Translations under genes and position numbers: made by a program
Shown: positions 10,006 through 20,523 of the stretch, one piece after another
How the letters are laid out: each line of letters begins with the position of its first letter
Numbering within the stretch: position 1 is the first letter of the stretch
Sequence record: DRR723986_637
Direction: 5' to 3' (one strand)
DNA: 64,000 bases
The notes under the pieces: model-generated
Databases searched by the model: none
Seen by the model: only the letters and a program-made list of their open reading frames with translations
Told to the model about the DNA's origin: nothing

Positions 10006-11006
10006 GAAATAAATCTATGCTTCCTGGCATGCTGCAAAGCATCTTTACTTTTTTCAACTATTAAAACAGGAACCTCTTTATAATCTTCAAATAAGCTAGA
10101 GATTCGTTTCATCCTCTTTGAGTGATTTACCGCGCGTAGATAAATAGCAGAAATCCGTCCTGGAAATTCTTTTACCACATCTAAATATATATAAGCATCT
10201 TTTTCTCCGCAATCACCAATTAAGATAAAGTTTAATTTTGGATAGGTACTTAATATATTATAAATCTCATGGTATTTATGTGCCAATTCGGTTCTAGGTG
10301 TTCTATCAAAAGGAGTTCTAAAATCTCTTAGTAATATTGGTCCTTTTGGAAATTCATTCGCACGTAAGAAAAAGTCAAGGTATCTATACAAATTCCATGG
10401 GCTATTACTAACGTAAAAAATAGGATTAGCTTCATTCTTAGTTTTGCCATTATGTAATAGATGATAAAACTCAGCAGAACCCTCTAATGCCTTTCGCTTA
10501 TGAGGAGTTTTAAAAAACGTGTTTACAACAACGCGCCACTTTAATCTTGAAGCAACACCTGTATGTAAAATTGTATCATCAATATCACTAATTACACCAC
10601 AACTAGAATGTGCCTTTGGAATTAGCATTTCACCATTAAAACAATTGTCTAATTGAATCTTTCGAGATTTCTGCGAGGAGGTAAAAGACACCGTATAGCT
10701 CAGCCAACCTTCAGAATCAATATGACTAGTTAGTTCTTCTGAAGTTTGATCTACCAAAAAATAACCTTCTGCATCGGTTTTACAGTCAATTCTATTTTTA
10801 TCGCCAACTTTTAGTATTAGGTCGGTTCGTCTAATTTCATCTGTTTCAAACCGTTTCCAAGAGTTTACTAGTAAACTAAACCATCCTTTTTTCTCTAAAT
10901 CAATATCCTCATCCTCAAGGGCTCTTCCCTTTAGATACAGATGTTCATATGTACCATAGGTTTTAAAAGGTATTATTTGTAAAGGGTCTTTCTTAAACCA
11001 GCCCAA
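10002..11006 (-). CDS. App1/DUF2183 family HAD-like phosphatase
   Basis: ISDIDDTI, YVSNSPWNLY and LIGDCGEKD motifs; TTG start. Confidence 0.85.
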   Translation of the reverse strand: MGWFKKDPLQIIPFKTYGTYEHLYLKGRALEDEDIDLEKKGWFSLLVNSWKRFETDEIRRTDLILKVGDKNRIDCKTDAEGYFLVDQTSEELTSHIDSEGWLSYTVSFTSSQKSRKIQLDNCFNGEMLIPKAHSSCGVISDIDDTILHTGVASRLKWRVVVNTFFKTPHKRKALEGSAEFYHLLHNGKTKNEANPIFYVSNSPWNLYRYLDFFLRANEFPKGPILLRDFRTPFDRTPRTELAHKYHEIYNILSTYPKLNFILIGDCGEKDAYIYLDVVKEFPGRISAIYLRAVNHSKRMKRISSLFEDYKEVPVLIVEKSKDALQHARKHRFIS

Positions 11007-11169
11007 TTTTGTTAGTTTTTAAGAATTTTCAAGATACTAAAATCTCGGATAATGAAACTCAAAATAAATAAATACTATGTGAAATGTTAAATATTTACAG
11101 GTTCAGTAATTTACGAGTATTTTAGTACAATCATGAAATTTTTCACTTCTAAAAATAAACCAACTACTC

Positions 11170-13710
11170 ATGAAAAAACTCATTTTTTTATTTGTTTTAG
11201 GACTTTCATTTTTTGTTATAAATGCTCAAAATGAAACTGAATCAAAAACACCAAAACCAAATTATCGAGCAGCTGCAAAATATTCACCAACTAATCTTGG
11301 TAAGTTAGTACACTCAACATCCGTAAGACCTCATTGGCTAAAAAATGGTAATCGCTTTTGGTACCAATACAAAACTACCGAAGGCTCAAAGTATTACATT
11401 GTAGATGCTGATAAGCGCTCAAAAAAAGAATTATTCGACAATGAAAAAATGGCACAGTGGTTAACTGAAATCACAAAAGACCCATATGATGCTAAGCACC
11501 TACCACGTTTCAATTTTAAGTTTGCAAAAAATGAAACTGCCATTCAATTCTATGCAACCTCTACAGAAAAAGTTGAAGAAGAAAAAGACAAAGATGAGCA
11601 AACAGAAGATTCTAAAACTGAGACTGATTCAACTAAAACAAAGAAAAAGAAAAAAGGAAAGCCAAAAATGGTGAATAAAGTTTATCATTTAGAGTATATA
11701 CTAGGAAGTAATTCCTTAACTGTTTTGGACAACAAGAAAAAAGGAAAAGAAGAGTGGAAAAAATGGGCCAACATTGCACCAGACAGTTCTGTAGTATTAT
11801 TCTCAAAGAATTATAATATGTACTGGATGGACAAAGAAAATTTTTTAAAGGCCGTAAAAAACGAAAAAGACACTACTATAGTTGAAAATCAGTGGACCAC
11901 AGATGGTGAACTCTATTATTCCTATGGTGGCGGCAGTGGACGAGGCGAGACCAACGTATCTATGAAAAAAAACAAGGATAAGCGCAAGCGTATTTTTGGT
12001 ACTTGGTCTCACGATTCAAAAAAATTCGTTTTCCAACGAACCGATTCTAGACATATTGATGAATTATGGGTTATAAATACAACGGCTAGTAAACGTCCTA
12101 CATTAGAAACCTACAAATACCATATGCCAGGCGAAGACGAGTATTATAAAACAGAAGTTCATGTCTTTGATATGCCTTCTAAGACGAGTTTACAAGTACA
12201 ATTAGACACTGTTAAACAACAAAGTGTTCAGATTTATAGAGAGCCATTAAAAAAATCTAACTATGACGATGATTTTAGACCATCTCTATTGCTTTCAAAA
12301 AAAGGTAAAATCTATTATAATACAATTAGTAGAGATCGAAAAAAACTAGATATCTGTGTTGCAGATATTAATACAGGAGAGACAAAGGTATTGATTGAAG
12401 AACGTTTTAATACTTATATTGAATCACGTCCTTTAGTATTATTCAATAATGAAACTGAAATGTTGCATTGGGCAGAACGGTCTGGTTGGGCACATTATTA
12501 TCTATATGACAGTGATGGGAATTTAAAAAATCAAGTAACCAAAGGCTCGTTTCATGTGGAACAGGTTATTGGTGTAGATGATAAATCTAGAACAATGTTC
12601 TTTACTGCTCATGGTATACCAAAAGATCAAGATCCTTATTATGAGCATATGTATAAAATAAACTTAAACGGTTCTGGTTTAAAAGCACTTAATGCAGGCA
12701 ATTACAACACACGTACAGATATGGCAGACTCCAATGGTTTTTTTGTGAGTAATTATTCTAGAGTGAATACAGTGCCAAAATCTGAATTAAGAAACAGCTC
12801 TGGTAATGTTGTTATGCAATTAGAAGAAGCAGATTTATCACAGTTAATGGCAACAGGCTATAAATTTCCTGAACCTTTTAAAATGAAAGCAGATGATGGT
12901 ATCACAGATATTTATGGTGTTATGTATAAGCCATTTGAAATGGATTCTACTAAGAAGTATCCATTGCTAGAATATGTTTATCCTGGGCCTCAAACTGAAG
13001 CCGTAAATAAATCATTTTCGGTTCGTATGGATAGACTAGATAGAATGGCACAGGTCGGTTTTATTGTTGTTACAATGGGTAATCGTGGTGGTCATCCAGA
13101 CCGTTCTAAATGGTACCACAACTATGGCTATGGTAACTTAAGAGATTACGGACTTGCTGATAAGCGACATGTTGCAGAGCAACTTGCAGATAAATATGAT
13201 TTTATTGATATTGAGAAAGTTGGGATTTATGGTCATTCTGGTGGTGGCTTTATGTCTACCGCAGCCATATTGGTTTATCCAGATTTCTTTAAAGCGGCAG
13301 TCTCATCAGCAGGTAATCACGATAATGCCATTTATAATAGTTGGTGGAGCGAAACACATCATGGTGTACAAGAGGAAATAGATGAAAATGGCAATGTGAA
13401 ATACAAGTATATGATTGACAACAATCAATCTTTAGCAGGTAATCTAAAGGGTAAACTTATGCTTATTACTGGTGACGTAGATAATAACGTTCATCCAGGT
13501 GGTACTATAAGAATGGCTAATGCCTTAATCAAAGCCAATAAGCGATTTGATTTTATGCTTATGCCTGGTCAACGACATGGTTTTGGTAGCATGACTGAGT
13601 ACTCATTTTGGTTAAGAGCAGATCATTTTAGCAAACATCTTTTGGATGAAGAAGCAACCAATGTAAATATCACTGAAATGAACAGAGATAAACCTAAAAC
13701 AAAATCTTAG
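11170..13710 (+). CDS. S9 family (DPP IV-like) serine peptidase
   Basis: Signal peptide; propeller region; nucleophile GHSGGG; DNNVH and QRHGF triad motifs. Confidence 0.92.
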   Translation: MKKLIFLFVLGLSFFVINAQNETESKTPKPNYRAAAKYSPTNLGKLVHSTSVRPHWLKNGNRFWYQYKTTEGSKYYIVDADKRSKKELFDNEKMAQWLTEITKDPYDAKHLPRFNFKFAKNETAIQFYATSTEKVEEEKDKDEQTEDSKTETDSTKTKKKKKGKPKMVNKVYHLEYILGSNSLTVLDNKKKGKEEWKKWANIAPDSSVVLFSKNYNMYWMDKENFLKAVKNEKDTTIVENQWTTDGELYYSYGGGSGRGETNVSMKKNKDKRKRIFGTWSHDSKKFVFQRTDSRHIDELWVINTTASKRPTLETYKYHMPGEDEYYKTEVHVFDMPSKTSLQVQLDTVKQQSVQIYREPLKKSNYDDDFRPSLLLSKKGKIYYNTISRDRKKLDICVADINTGETKVLIEERFNTYIESRPLVLFNNETEMLHWAERSGWAHYYLYDSDGNLKNQVTKGSFHVEQVIGVDDKSRTMFFTAHGIPKDQDPYYEHMYKINLNGSGLKALNAGNYNTRTDMADSNGFFVSNYSRVNTVPKSELRNSSGNVVMQLEEADLSQLMATGYKFPEPFKMKADDGITDIYGVMYKPFEMDSTKKYPLLEYVYPGPQTEAVNKSFSVRMDRLDRMAQVGFIVVTMGNRGGHPDRSKWYHNYGYGNLRDYGLADKRHVAEQLADKYDFIDIEKVGIYGHSGGGFMSTAAILVYPDFFKAAVSSAGNHDNAIYNSWWSETHHGVQEEIDENGNVKYKYMIDNNQSLAGNLKGKLMLITGDVDNNVHPGGTIRMANALIKANKRFDFMLMPGQRHGFGSMTEYSFWLRADHFSKHLLDEEATNVNITEMNRDKPKTKS

Positions 13711-13729
13711 GATTAAAAATATATGACAT

Positions 13730-13761
13730 AAAAAAACCACGCTGATTAGCGTGGTTTTTTT
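13730..13761. terminator. Bidirectional terminator
   Basis: AAAAAAACCACGCT-GATT-AGCGTGGTTTTTTT between convergent genes. Confidence 0.9.
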
Positions 13762-13777
13762 ATATATTAAGAATATA

Positions 13778-16177
13778 TTATTTTTTTCTAATATCTACCT
13801 TCTCAATTACCTTTTCAACTTCACCAGCCTCATTAGTAACCGTAGCTTCAAAAGCCTCTAATTCCTTTTCAACCTCAGCTTCTGTACCTTCAAATACAAC
13901 AACTTCAGATACTTTCTCACCATCTTTTATTGTAGTGTAATTTACAGTTGCTTTGGCCATATCTTTAGATTCAACAGTCATTTCTATTGAAACTTCATTT
14001 TCATTACTTGCCATTGCAGTTTCAGAACCATGACCACCTAAAATTGGAGCAATTACTAAACCAACTAAACAAGTTAATTTAATTAGGATATTCATTGAAG
14101 GACCAGATGTATCTTTAAATGGATCACCAACTGTATCACCAGTAACGGCCGCTTTGTGAGCATCCGAACCTTTAAAGGTCATTTCACCATTAATTTCAAC
14201 ACCAGCTTCAAATGATTTTTTGGCATTATCCCAAGCACCACCAGCATTATTCTGGAAAATTGCCCACATTACACCACTTACACATACACCTGCCATGTAA
14301 CCTCCTAATGGTTCTGCACCAAATACTAATCCGATAATTATAGGAGTGATAATAGTAATTAAACCTGGTAATAACATTTCTTTTAATGCTGCTTTAGTTG
14401 AGATATCAACACACTTAGCATATTCTGGTGTACCAGTTCCTTCCATAATTCCAGGAATTTCTTTGAACTGACGACGTACTTCTTGAACCATTTCCATGGC
14501 TGCTTTACCTACAGATTGCATAGCTAAAGCTGAAAAGATTACAGGAATCATTCCACCAACAAATAACATTGCTAATACATCTGCCTTAAAGATATTGATG
14601 CCATCAATACCTGTAAACGTTACATAAGCAGCAAATAAAGCTAAAGCTGTTAATGCGGCAGAAGCAATAGCAAAACCTTTACCAACTGCAGCTGTTGTGT
14701 TACCAACTGAATCTAATATATCTGTACGCTCACGTACGTGAGGTTCTAATTCACTCATTTCAGCAACACCACCTGCGTTATCAGCAATAGGTCCAAAAGC
14801 ATCAATCGCTAATTGCATAGCTGTAGTTGCCATCATTGCAGATGCTGCTAATGCCACACCATAAAAACCTGCTAAGGCATAAGAGCCATATATTGCAGCT
14901 GCAAATAAGATTACAGATAAGAAGGTAGACTTCATACCTACTGCAAGACCTGCAATAATATTGGTCGCTGCACCAGTTGAACTATTTTTTACAATATCCA
15001 TTACTGGTTTTTTACCTAAAGATGTATAGTAAGCTGTCACCATAGAAATTAAAGCTCCTACAGCTAAACCTATCATTGCAGCATAAAACACATGACGCGA
15101 AGGGATGGCTTTTGAACCTTCACCAAAGAAATTCATGGTAAGTGTTTCTGGTAACATCCAACGGATTAAGAACCAACTCGCAATTAATGTAATTATTATA
15201 GACACCCAGTTTCCTGTATCAAGTGCCTTTTGTACTTGTGCCTCTTTAGCATCATTACTTGAAATTCTAACTAGGAATGTTCCAATTATAGAAGCTAACA
15301 CACCTACACCAGCTATTACTAAAGGTAATAATATAGGTCCCATATTATTAAAAGCATCTGTAAATTGAGTAGTTGCAGACATATCTTTTATTAAATAGTT
15401 TCCTAGAACCATGGCAGCTAATACAGTAGCAACATAAGAACCAAATAAATCAGCACCCATACCTGCAACATCACCTACATTATCACCTACATTATCAGCA
15501 ATTGTAGCTGGGTTACGTGGATCATCCTCTGGAATCCCTGCTTCTACTTTACCTACTAAATCTGCACCAACGTCGGCAGCTTTAGTATAAATACCTCCAC
15601 CTACTCTGGCAAATAAGGCAATAGACTCTGCACCTAGTGAGAAACCAGCTAGTGTTTCTAATACAATAGTCATTTCATTATAAAAATCCCCACCTTCAGT
15701 CATAAATTGACCTAAAAAGATAAAGAATAATAGACTTAAACCTAATACAGCTAATCCTGCTACACCAAGTCCCATAACGGTACCACCACCAAAAGATACT
15801 TTAAGTGCTTGTGGTAAACTTGTTTTAGCAGCCTCTGCAGTACGAGCGTTTGCTTCTGTAGCTATACGCATACCTACATTACCTGCTAATGCAGAAAATA
15901 CTGCTCCAATAATAAAGGCTGGTATAATCATTACACTTGTTGTATCCACCATTTGTGAAATACCAAATAATGCAGCAGATGCAATGACCACGAATATTAA
16001 TAATAAACGATACTCTGCACCAAGAAATGCTAGCGCACCTTCTTTAATTGCTTTAGAAATACCCTGCATTTTTTCATTACCAGGATTTTGCTTTTTTACC
16101 CAAGACATTTTTACGAACATAAAAAGCAATCCTAAAACCGCTAATGCCATAGGCACAAAAATCACATTTGATTCCAT
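13778..16177 (-). CDS. hppA: Membrane ion-pumping pyrophosphatase, K+-dependent, probably H+-translocating
   Basis: [29 protein letters not shown] and [20 protein letters not shown] marks the K+-dependent type. Confidence 0.95.
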   Translation of the reverse strand: MESNVIFVPMALAVLGLLFMFVKMSWVKKQNPGNEKMQGISKAIKEGALAFLGAEYRLLLIFVVIASAALFGISQMVDTTSVMIIPAFIIGAVFSALAGNVGMRIATEANARTAEAAKTSLPQALKVSFGGGTVMGLGVAGLAVLGLSLLFFIFLGQFMTEGGDFYNEMTIVLETLAGFSLGAESIALFARVGGGIYTKAADVGADLVGKVEAGIPEDDPRNPATIADNVGDNVGDVAGMGADLFGSYVATVLAAMVLGNYLIKDMSATTQFTDAFNNMGPILLPLVIAGVGVLASIIGTFLVRISSNDAKEAQVQKALDTGNWVSIIITLIASWFLIRWMLPETLTMNFFGEGSKAIPSRHVFYAAMIGLAVGALISMVTAYYTSLGKKPVMDIVKNSSTGAATNIIAGLAVGMKSTFLSVILFAAAIYGSYALAGFYGVALAASAMMATTAMQLAIDAFGPIADNAGGVAEMSELEPHVRERTDILDSVGNTTAAVGKGFAIASAALTALALFAAYVTFTGIDGINIFKADVLAMLFVGGMIPVIFSALAMQSVGKAAMEMVQEVRRQFKEIPGIMEGTGTPEYAKCVDISTKAALKEMLLPGLITIITPIIIGLVFGAEPLGGYMAGVCVSGVMWAIFQNNAGGAWDNAKKSFEAGVEINGEMTFKGSDAHKAAVTGDTVGDPFKDTSGPSMNILIKLTCLVGLVIAPILGGHGSETAMASNENEVSIEMTVESKDMAKATVNYTTIKDGEKVSEVVVFEGTEAEVEKELEAFEATVTNEAGEVEKVIEKVDIRKK

Positions 16178-16213
16178 ATTTTAATTTTTAATTTGATTTG
16201 TTATTTAGCTGGG

Positions 16214-16221
16214 CAAAAGTA
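16214..16221 (-). promoter_or_regulatory. -7 promoter element TACTTTTG for hppA
   Basis: TAnnTTTG on the minus strand 36 nt upstream of the ATG. Confidence 0.6.
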
Positions 16222-16240
16222 GTAAATTGAATGGGAATAG

Positions 16241-16272
16241 AAAAACCCTTTTACAGACAATATAAAAGGGTT
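16241..16272 (-). terminator. Terminator after ppa
   Basis: AACCCTTTTA...TAAAAGGGTT stem followed by a minus-strand U tract. Confidence 0.7.
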
Positions 16273-16299
16273 ATTTTTTACTTAAAATATGAGGTGCTT

Positions 16300-16827
16300 T
16301 TAAATGGTGAAATCACCATTTAATTTATGCTCACTATTCTCATATCTATCCACACATTTGTTATAGATTGTTATGGCTTCAGTTGAATCTCCCCAACCAC
16401 CAACATCTACTTTCTTTTTTTCTAAATCTTTATAAACCTGAAAAAAATGTTCTATCTCTTTTAATCTATGCGGATTTAAATCAAACACATCATTTCTTTG
16501 ACTCCAAATTGGGTCGGAGACTGGTACACAAATTATTTTCTCATCTGGACCTTTTTCATCCGCCATATGAAATACACCAATCGGTTTTACTTCCATTACA
16601 CACATAGGGAAAGTTGGCTCTGCAGTTAAGACTAACACATCTAACGGGTCACCATCTAGTGCCAAAGTTTCTGGAATAAAACCATAATCACCAGGATACA
16701 TCATAGACGAAAACAACATACGATCAAACCGTATTTTATTCAATTCAAAGTCGTACTCATACTTGTTACGACTACCTTTTGGAATTTCTATTAAAACATC
16801 AAAAGTTAACTTACTTGAATCTGACAT
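16300..16827 (-). CDS. ppa: Soluble family I inorganic pyrophosphatase
   Basis: EIPKGSRNKYE, YGFIPETL and DGDPLD motifs; start reassigned to the ATG at 16827 (MSDSSK). Confidence 0.95.
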   Translation of the reverse strand: MSDSSKLTFDVLIEIPKGSRNKYEYDFELNKIRFDRMLFSSMMYPGDYGFIPETLALDGDPLDVLVLTAEPTFPMCVMEVKPIGVFHMADEKGPDEKIICVPVSDPIWSQRNDVFDLNPHRLKEIEHFFQVYKDLEKKKVDVGGWGDSTEAITIYNKCVDRYENSEHKLNGDFTI

Positions 16828-16846
16828 ATCTCTTGTTTTAAGGCTG

Positions 16847-16854
16847 CAAAGATA
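16847..16854 (-). promoter_or_regulatory. -7 promoter element TATCTTTG for ppa
   Basis: TAnnTTTG 19 nt upstream of the reassigned start. Confidence 0.6.
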
Positions 16855-16915
16855 TAGTGTATAATTTCTAAGTCCTAGAAACAAGAATTAAAATTATAAA
16901 ACTGATTTATACACA

Positions 16916-16946
16916 AAAAGGGAAGACAAGTATTGTCCTCCCTTTT
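16916..16946 (-). terminator. Terminator after the lipoprotein gene
   Basis: AAAAGGGAAGACAA-GTA-TTGTCCTCCCTTTT; the single plus-strand mismatch is a G-U pair on the minus strand. Confidence 0.75.
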
Positions 16947-16967
16947 CTCAACCAATGCAATTAATCT

Positions 16968-17810
16968 TTAATCAAACACATTCTCCGGAATTAAAGATAA
17001 TGCAACGTGCTTATCATCTTCCGGGTTTAATTTTGCTATATAAGTAAAAGTTTCTGCGGTTAAGTCAATACGTCCAAAATGACTATCCCTATCAATACCG
17101 TATAATATTCCATCTTCACTAGTTTCAATTGTTCTAATGCCGTCTAAATATTCTTCCATCGGGAAATTCACTTCGTCTAATTCAATAATCTCGCTGACAT
17201 TTCCGTTAATATCAGATACAATGACCTCATCCCATCTTGTCACTAAAATTTCACTTGAAGAAGAGCCATATTCAATAGCCATACCTTCATTTAAACTAAG
17301 GTCATCACCTTGCCACATTAATGGTTCTGAACCACTAAATGAACCGTCTAAATTCAACCAAATTAAACCTTCTCCTTCTTGCACCATTTCATATTCATCC
17401 CAGTAAACAACACCCATTATTTTTCCGTTTGATATTTCTATACCTGGTATTGCATACCAATCGTCATCCGCATTATCGTTTAACATTGTTGCTTCTAATG
17501 TAACAGGATCGACACTAAATATGGCTCCGTTATTAAGATCGCTATTTGATCTTGAACTTGCGTAGACTGTTCTGTTGGCAGAATTATAAACAATATCTCT
17601 TAATCCAGTTAGTATTTCTCCATTATACGTAATAGTTCCTAAAGGTGTTAACGCACCATTAGTAAGGTCTATAGATGAAAACATGCCTGTGTCAGAATTA
17701 TACACAACCATAATATCGTCTATTACAATAGGTGAATCGTCATCATCACTACATGCTACAAAAGCTGTAACTAGTAATAACATTGCTAAAATTTTAAGTA
17801 GTGTTTTCAT
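16968..17810 (-). CDS. Acidic surface lipoprotein of unknown function, probable beta-propeller
   Basis: Lipobox FVAC followed by SDDDD; start reassigned to 17810 (MKTLLK). Confidence 0.75.
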   Translation of the reverse strand: MKTLLKILAMLLLVTAFVACSDDDDSPIVIDDIMVVYNSDTGMFSSIDLTNGALTPLGTITYNGEILTGLRDIVYNSANRTVYASSRSNSDLNNGAIFSVDPVTLEATMLNDNADDDWYAIPGIEISNGKIMGVVYWDEYEMVQEGEGLIWLNLDGSFSGSEPLMWQGDDLSLNEGMAIEYGSSSSEILVTRWDEVIVSDINGNVSEIIELDEVNFPMEEYLDGIRTIETSEDGILYGIDRDSHFGRIDLTAETFTYIAKLNPEDDKHVALSLIPENVFD

Positions 17811-17922
17811 GATACTATATTTAAAGATTAATAACTTTTTAATCTTTAAATATAGATTGAACATCATTTTTATAAAATGACCATCGTCAGATAAATCTTA
17901 TAAATGATATTGGTCAGTAATT

Positions 17923-20433
17923 CTAAAAATAAAACCCAAAACTCCCAGTAATTCCAAATTTTCTGGCATCAGGAGTATCAAGATAGTTACCTCTAAAATT
18001 GAAATCTATGCGTAAGACTTTAAAAATATTGGCAACACCAACACTGTACTCATAATAAATACGCGAATCTGGCGCTATTAATGGAAATTCTAGAGGATTT
18101 CCTGTTGTAATAAGCGCAATATTTTTGTCTGATAATTCTCCCCAAACACCACGCAGGCTAAGAATTGCTCTTAAATTATATTTTTTCAGAAAGGGTATAC
18201 GCGAAAACAAGCGGCCATTAAAGTTATGCTCTAAGTGCATGGATGTGTATGTATCTGTTACAAACTCGTAAAAATCTAACTGTGAAAAAGTATTGTAAAT
18301 AGAGAAATAGGTTTGGTTACCAGGCACAATACTTAAAAGCGCTAATGGCACTTCACCAAAGGTTTTACCTGCTTCGATAGATGTAGTTAACCTACCAAAA
18401 CCACCGACTTGCCAAGGTTGAATATAGGAAAACTGAACTTTTGTATAATTAAAATCACTATTAAACCAATCTTTATCACCTCTACTTATTTGTGCGAATA
18501 GTCTAGCGAAATTATCGTTTTTATTTTTACGCTCTACACCAAAGCCTGTCATTTGACGCTTCGGATAGAAGCCTAAAGATAATCGGCTTTCAAATTGATT
18601 TACTTCGGAAGAAATTCCTGATGAAGATTCCGGGTCATTGTAGTCTAAACTAAAGGTTGGTGAAGCAGAGCTTAATTTACGAAAACTTCCGTCTATCCGA
18701 ACCTCGAAGTTTTGAGATGGCTCAATCGAAAACCCTAAATTTGTTAAATTAATATTTGATAATTTATCATTAGATCCAGCTGTAAAAACAGCATTTGATG
18801 CTAAACTCCGACCTAAAACGTCTGATGAACTTGTTAAACTTGCACCAATTTGTTCAATATCTCTTCGATGACCACCAAAAATTGTAAGTCTACTGCGCTT
18901 ATCAAGTAACCATTTACCAGAAATTCCATGCTTAAACTTATTATCTTTAAATCCATAAGCAAGAAAACCTTCAAGCCTCCACAAATCATTTGGACCAAAA
19001 TATGTTCTACCGCCAGTTCGCAATCTAAATCCTTCAATATCATTATATCCAAAAGTTGAGAAGATTGGACCATAGTCAAAATTAATGCTCGGAAATTCTA
19101 CATAGCCAGAAGCCAAAATACTTCCAAGATTATAAAGCCTTTTAAATTTCTTTACTGTTTTTAGAGTATCTAACATTTTATAGACACCTTTCTCATCTTT
19201 ATTTAAGGCTTCAAGTCTATTATTTTCCCAAAAATCATCTTCACGGTTGTAAACGTCTTTATCATAATTATAAACTACCTTATCATAAAACTTTGGATCT
19301 TTTGATTGGTTGAAGTTATAATTATCATACAATGTGGTTCGCTTACCATAAACACCTCTAGATTTTTCTTTTTTGTTTAATGCAAAATCAGAAAGGAAAT
19401 AATCGCGCTTAATTAAAAATACAGAGTCATTTACAACTTCAAACTCTTGTTCTATATAAATTTCTTTCACCCAATTAATATTAGCGCTTTTAGAAGCTTG
19501 CATATTAATTTCCTTAATAGCATATGTAGAATCATTAACCCAAAAATCACCCTTAAAGGTTAATTCGTTCTTCCGTCTTGGGTAATATATAATGTTATAA
19601 CACCATTTATTATCTATAAAGGCACTGTCAGACAATACGTAATTATAGGTTTGTACTCCTGTCCTACTTAACGGACTTACAAAACTTTTATCAAAAAACT
19701 TTAAATAATTGTCGTAAACATTATAGTCGGAATACAAATCATCTATAAAATCAATAATAACCTGATTATTACTAAATCCGGAGTTCTTATTTCCTTTTAA
19801 ATCTTCGCGCTTCTTATTAATAACATTATCTCCGTAAACTTTTTTTACAGACTCATTTAAGAATATTGGTAAATATGTTTTACCCGTAACCGAGGATGTA
19901 TCTACTTCCTCAAACACAAACTCCATACCTTTGAATAGCTTACTTTTTATGAGTGCACTATCAATGGTATTAAGATCGAATTCCACCTTCTCGTATTGGT
20001 CGTATTCGTATTGCTTAAACTGATTTAATCCGTTTTGGCGTTTTCTGTCCCAAATCTTTTTAAGAATTCTTATGGCAGGATTTTCTGAAGCCTTTTTAGA
20101 TTGTTTACCTATAACTATGAGTACTTCTCCCAATGAGGAAGCCTCTTCTTTAAGCACAAACCTTAAATTATAATTAACACGCTTAGTTAGTGAAACTTCT
20201 AATACTTCGAAACCTAAAAAAGATACAATTAACACTTCCCAGTTTTCATCAGACTCCAAGTAAAACTTACCGTCTTCATTGGTAATAGTACCTTCCGTAG
20301 ATCCTTTAAATAAGACATTTGCGAAAGCAATGGGCTGATCGAACTCATCAAACACATAGCCACTAACTTTAGTCTGACCAATGGCAGATAAAAATCCAAA
20401 AACACAAAACGTTATAAGTAGTCTAAGCTTCAT
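17923..20433 (-). CDS. DUF5686-type outer-membrane protein with carboxypeptidase-regulatory-like domain
   Basis: Signal peptide; GTITNEDGKF and VSFLGF; YEKVEFD and FVSPLS; C-terminal FGFYF; probable ATG at 20433. Confidence 0.8.
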   Translation of the reverse strand: MKLRLLITFCVFGFLSAIGQTKVSGYVFDEFDQPIAFANVLFKGSTEGTITNEDGKFYLESDENWEVLIVSFLGFEVLEVSLTKRVNYNLRFVLKEEASSLGEVLIVIGKQSKKASENPAIRILKKIWDRKRQNGLNQFKQYEYDQYEKVEFDLNTIDSALIKSKLFKGMEFVFEEVDTSSVTGKTYLPIFLNESVKKVYGDNVINKKREDLKGNKNSGFSNNQVIIDFIDDLYSDYNVYDNYLKFFDKSFVSPLSRTGVQTYNYVLSDSAFIDNKWCYNIIYYPRRKNELTFKGDFWVNDSTYAIKEINMQASKSANINWVKEIYIEQEFEVVNDSVFLIKRDYFLSDFALNKKEKSRGVYGKRTTLYDNYNFNQSKDPKFYDKVVYNYDKDVYNREDDFWENNRLEALNKDEKGVYKMLDTLKTVKKFKRLYNLGSILASGYVEFPSINFDYGPIFSTFGYNDIEGFRLRTGGRTYFGPNDLWRLEGFLAYGFKDNKFKHGISGKWLLDKRSRLTIFGGHRRDIEQIGASLTSSSDVLGRSLASNAVFTAGSNDKLSNINLTNLGFSIEPSQNFEVRIDGSFRKLSSASPTFSLDYNDPESSSGISSEVNQFESRLSLGFYPKRQMTGFGVERKNKNDNFARLFAQISRGDKDWFNSDFNYTKVQFSYIQPWQVGGFGRLTTSIEAGKTFGEVPLALLSIVPGNQTYFSIYNTFSQLDFYEFVTDTYTSMHLEHNFNGRLFSRIPFLKKYNLRAILSLRGVWGELSDKNIALITTGNPLEFPLIAPDSRIYYEYSVGVANIFKVLRIDFNFRGNYLDTPDARKFGITGSFGFYF

Positions 20434-20445
20434 ATTTAAAAACAA

Positions 20446-20495
20446 ACTTCATCAACAACCATGCTAAACTTTTTTACATTGGTTGCTAATGAAGT
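20446..20495 (-). terminator. 15-bp stem-loop between pdhB and the DUF5686 gene
   Basis: Minus-strand ACUUCAUUAGCAACC pairs with GGUUGUUGAUGAAGU using two G-U pairs, then UUGUUUUU. Confidence 0.6.
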
Positions 20496-20523
20496 CTACA
20501 AAACGCAGAAATCTGCGATTTAT

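Noticed and set aside
16828-16884. N-terminal extensions called by the ORF track for ppa, and likewise for 17811-17867, 21680-21745 and 26103-26117
   Set aside because: Downstream ATGs match the family N-termini; for ppa the extension overlaps a promoter element
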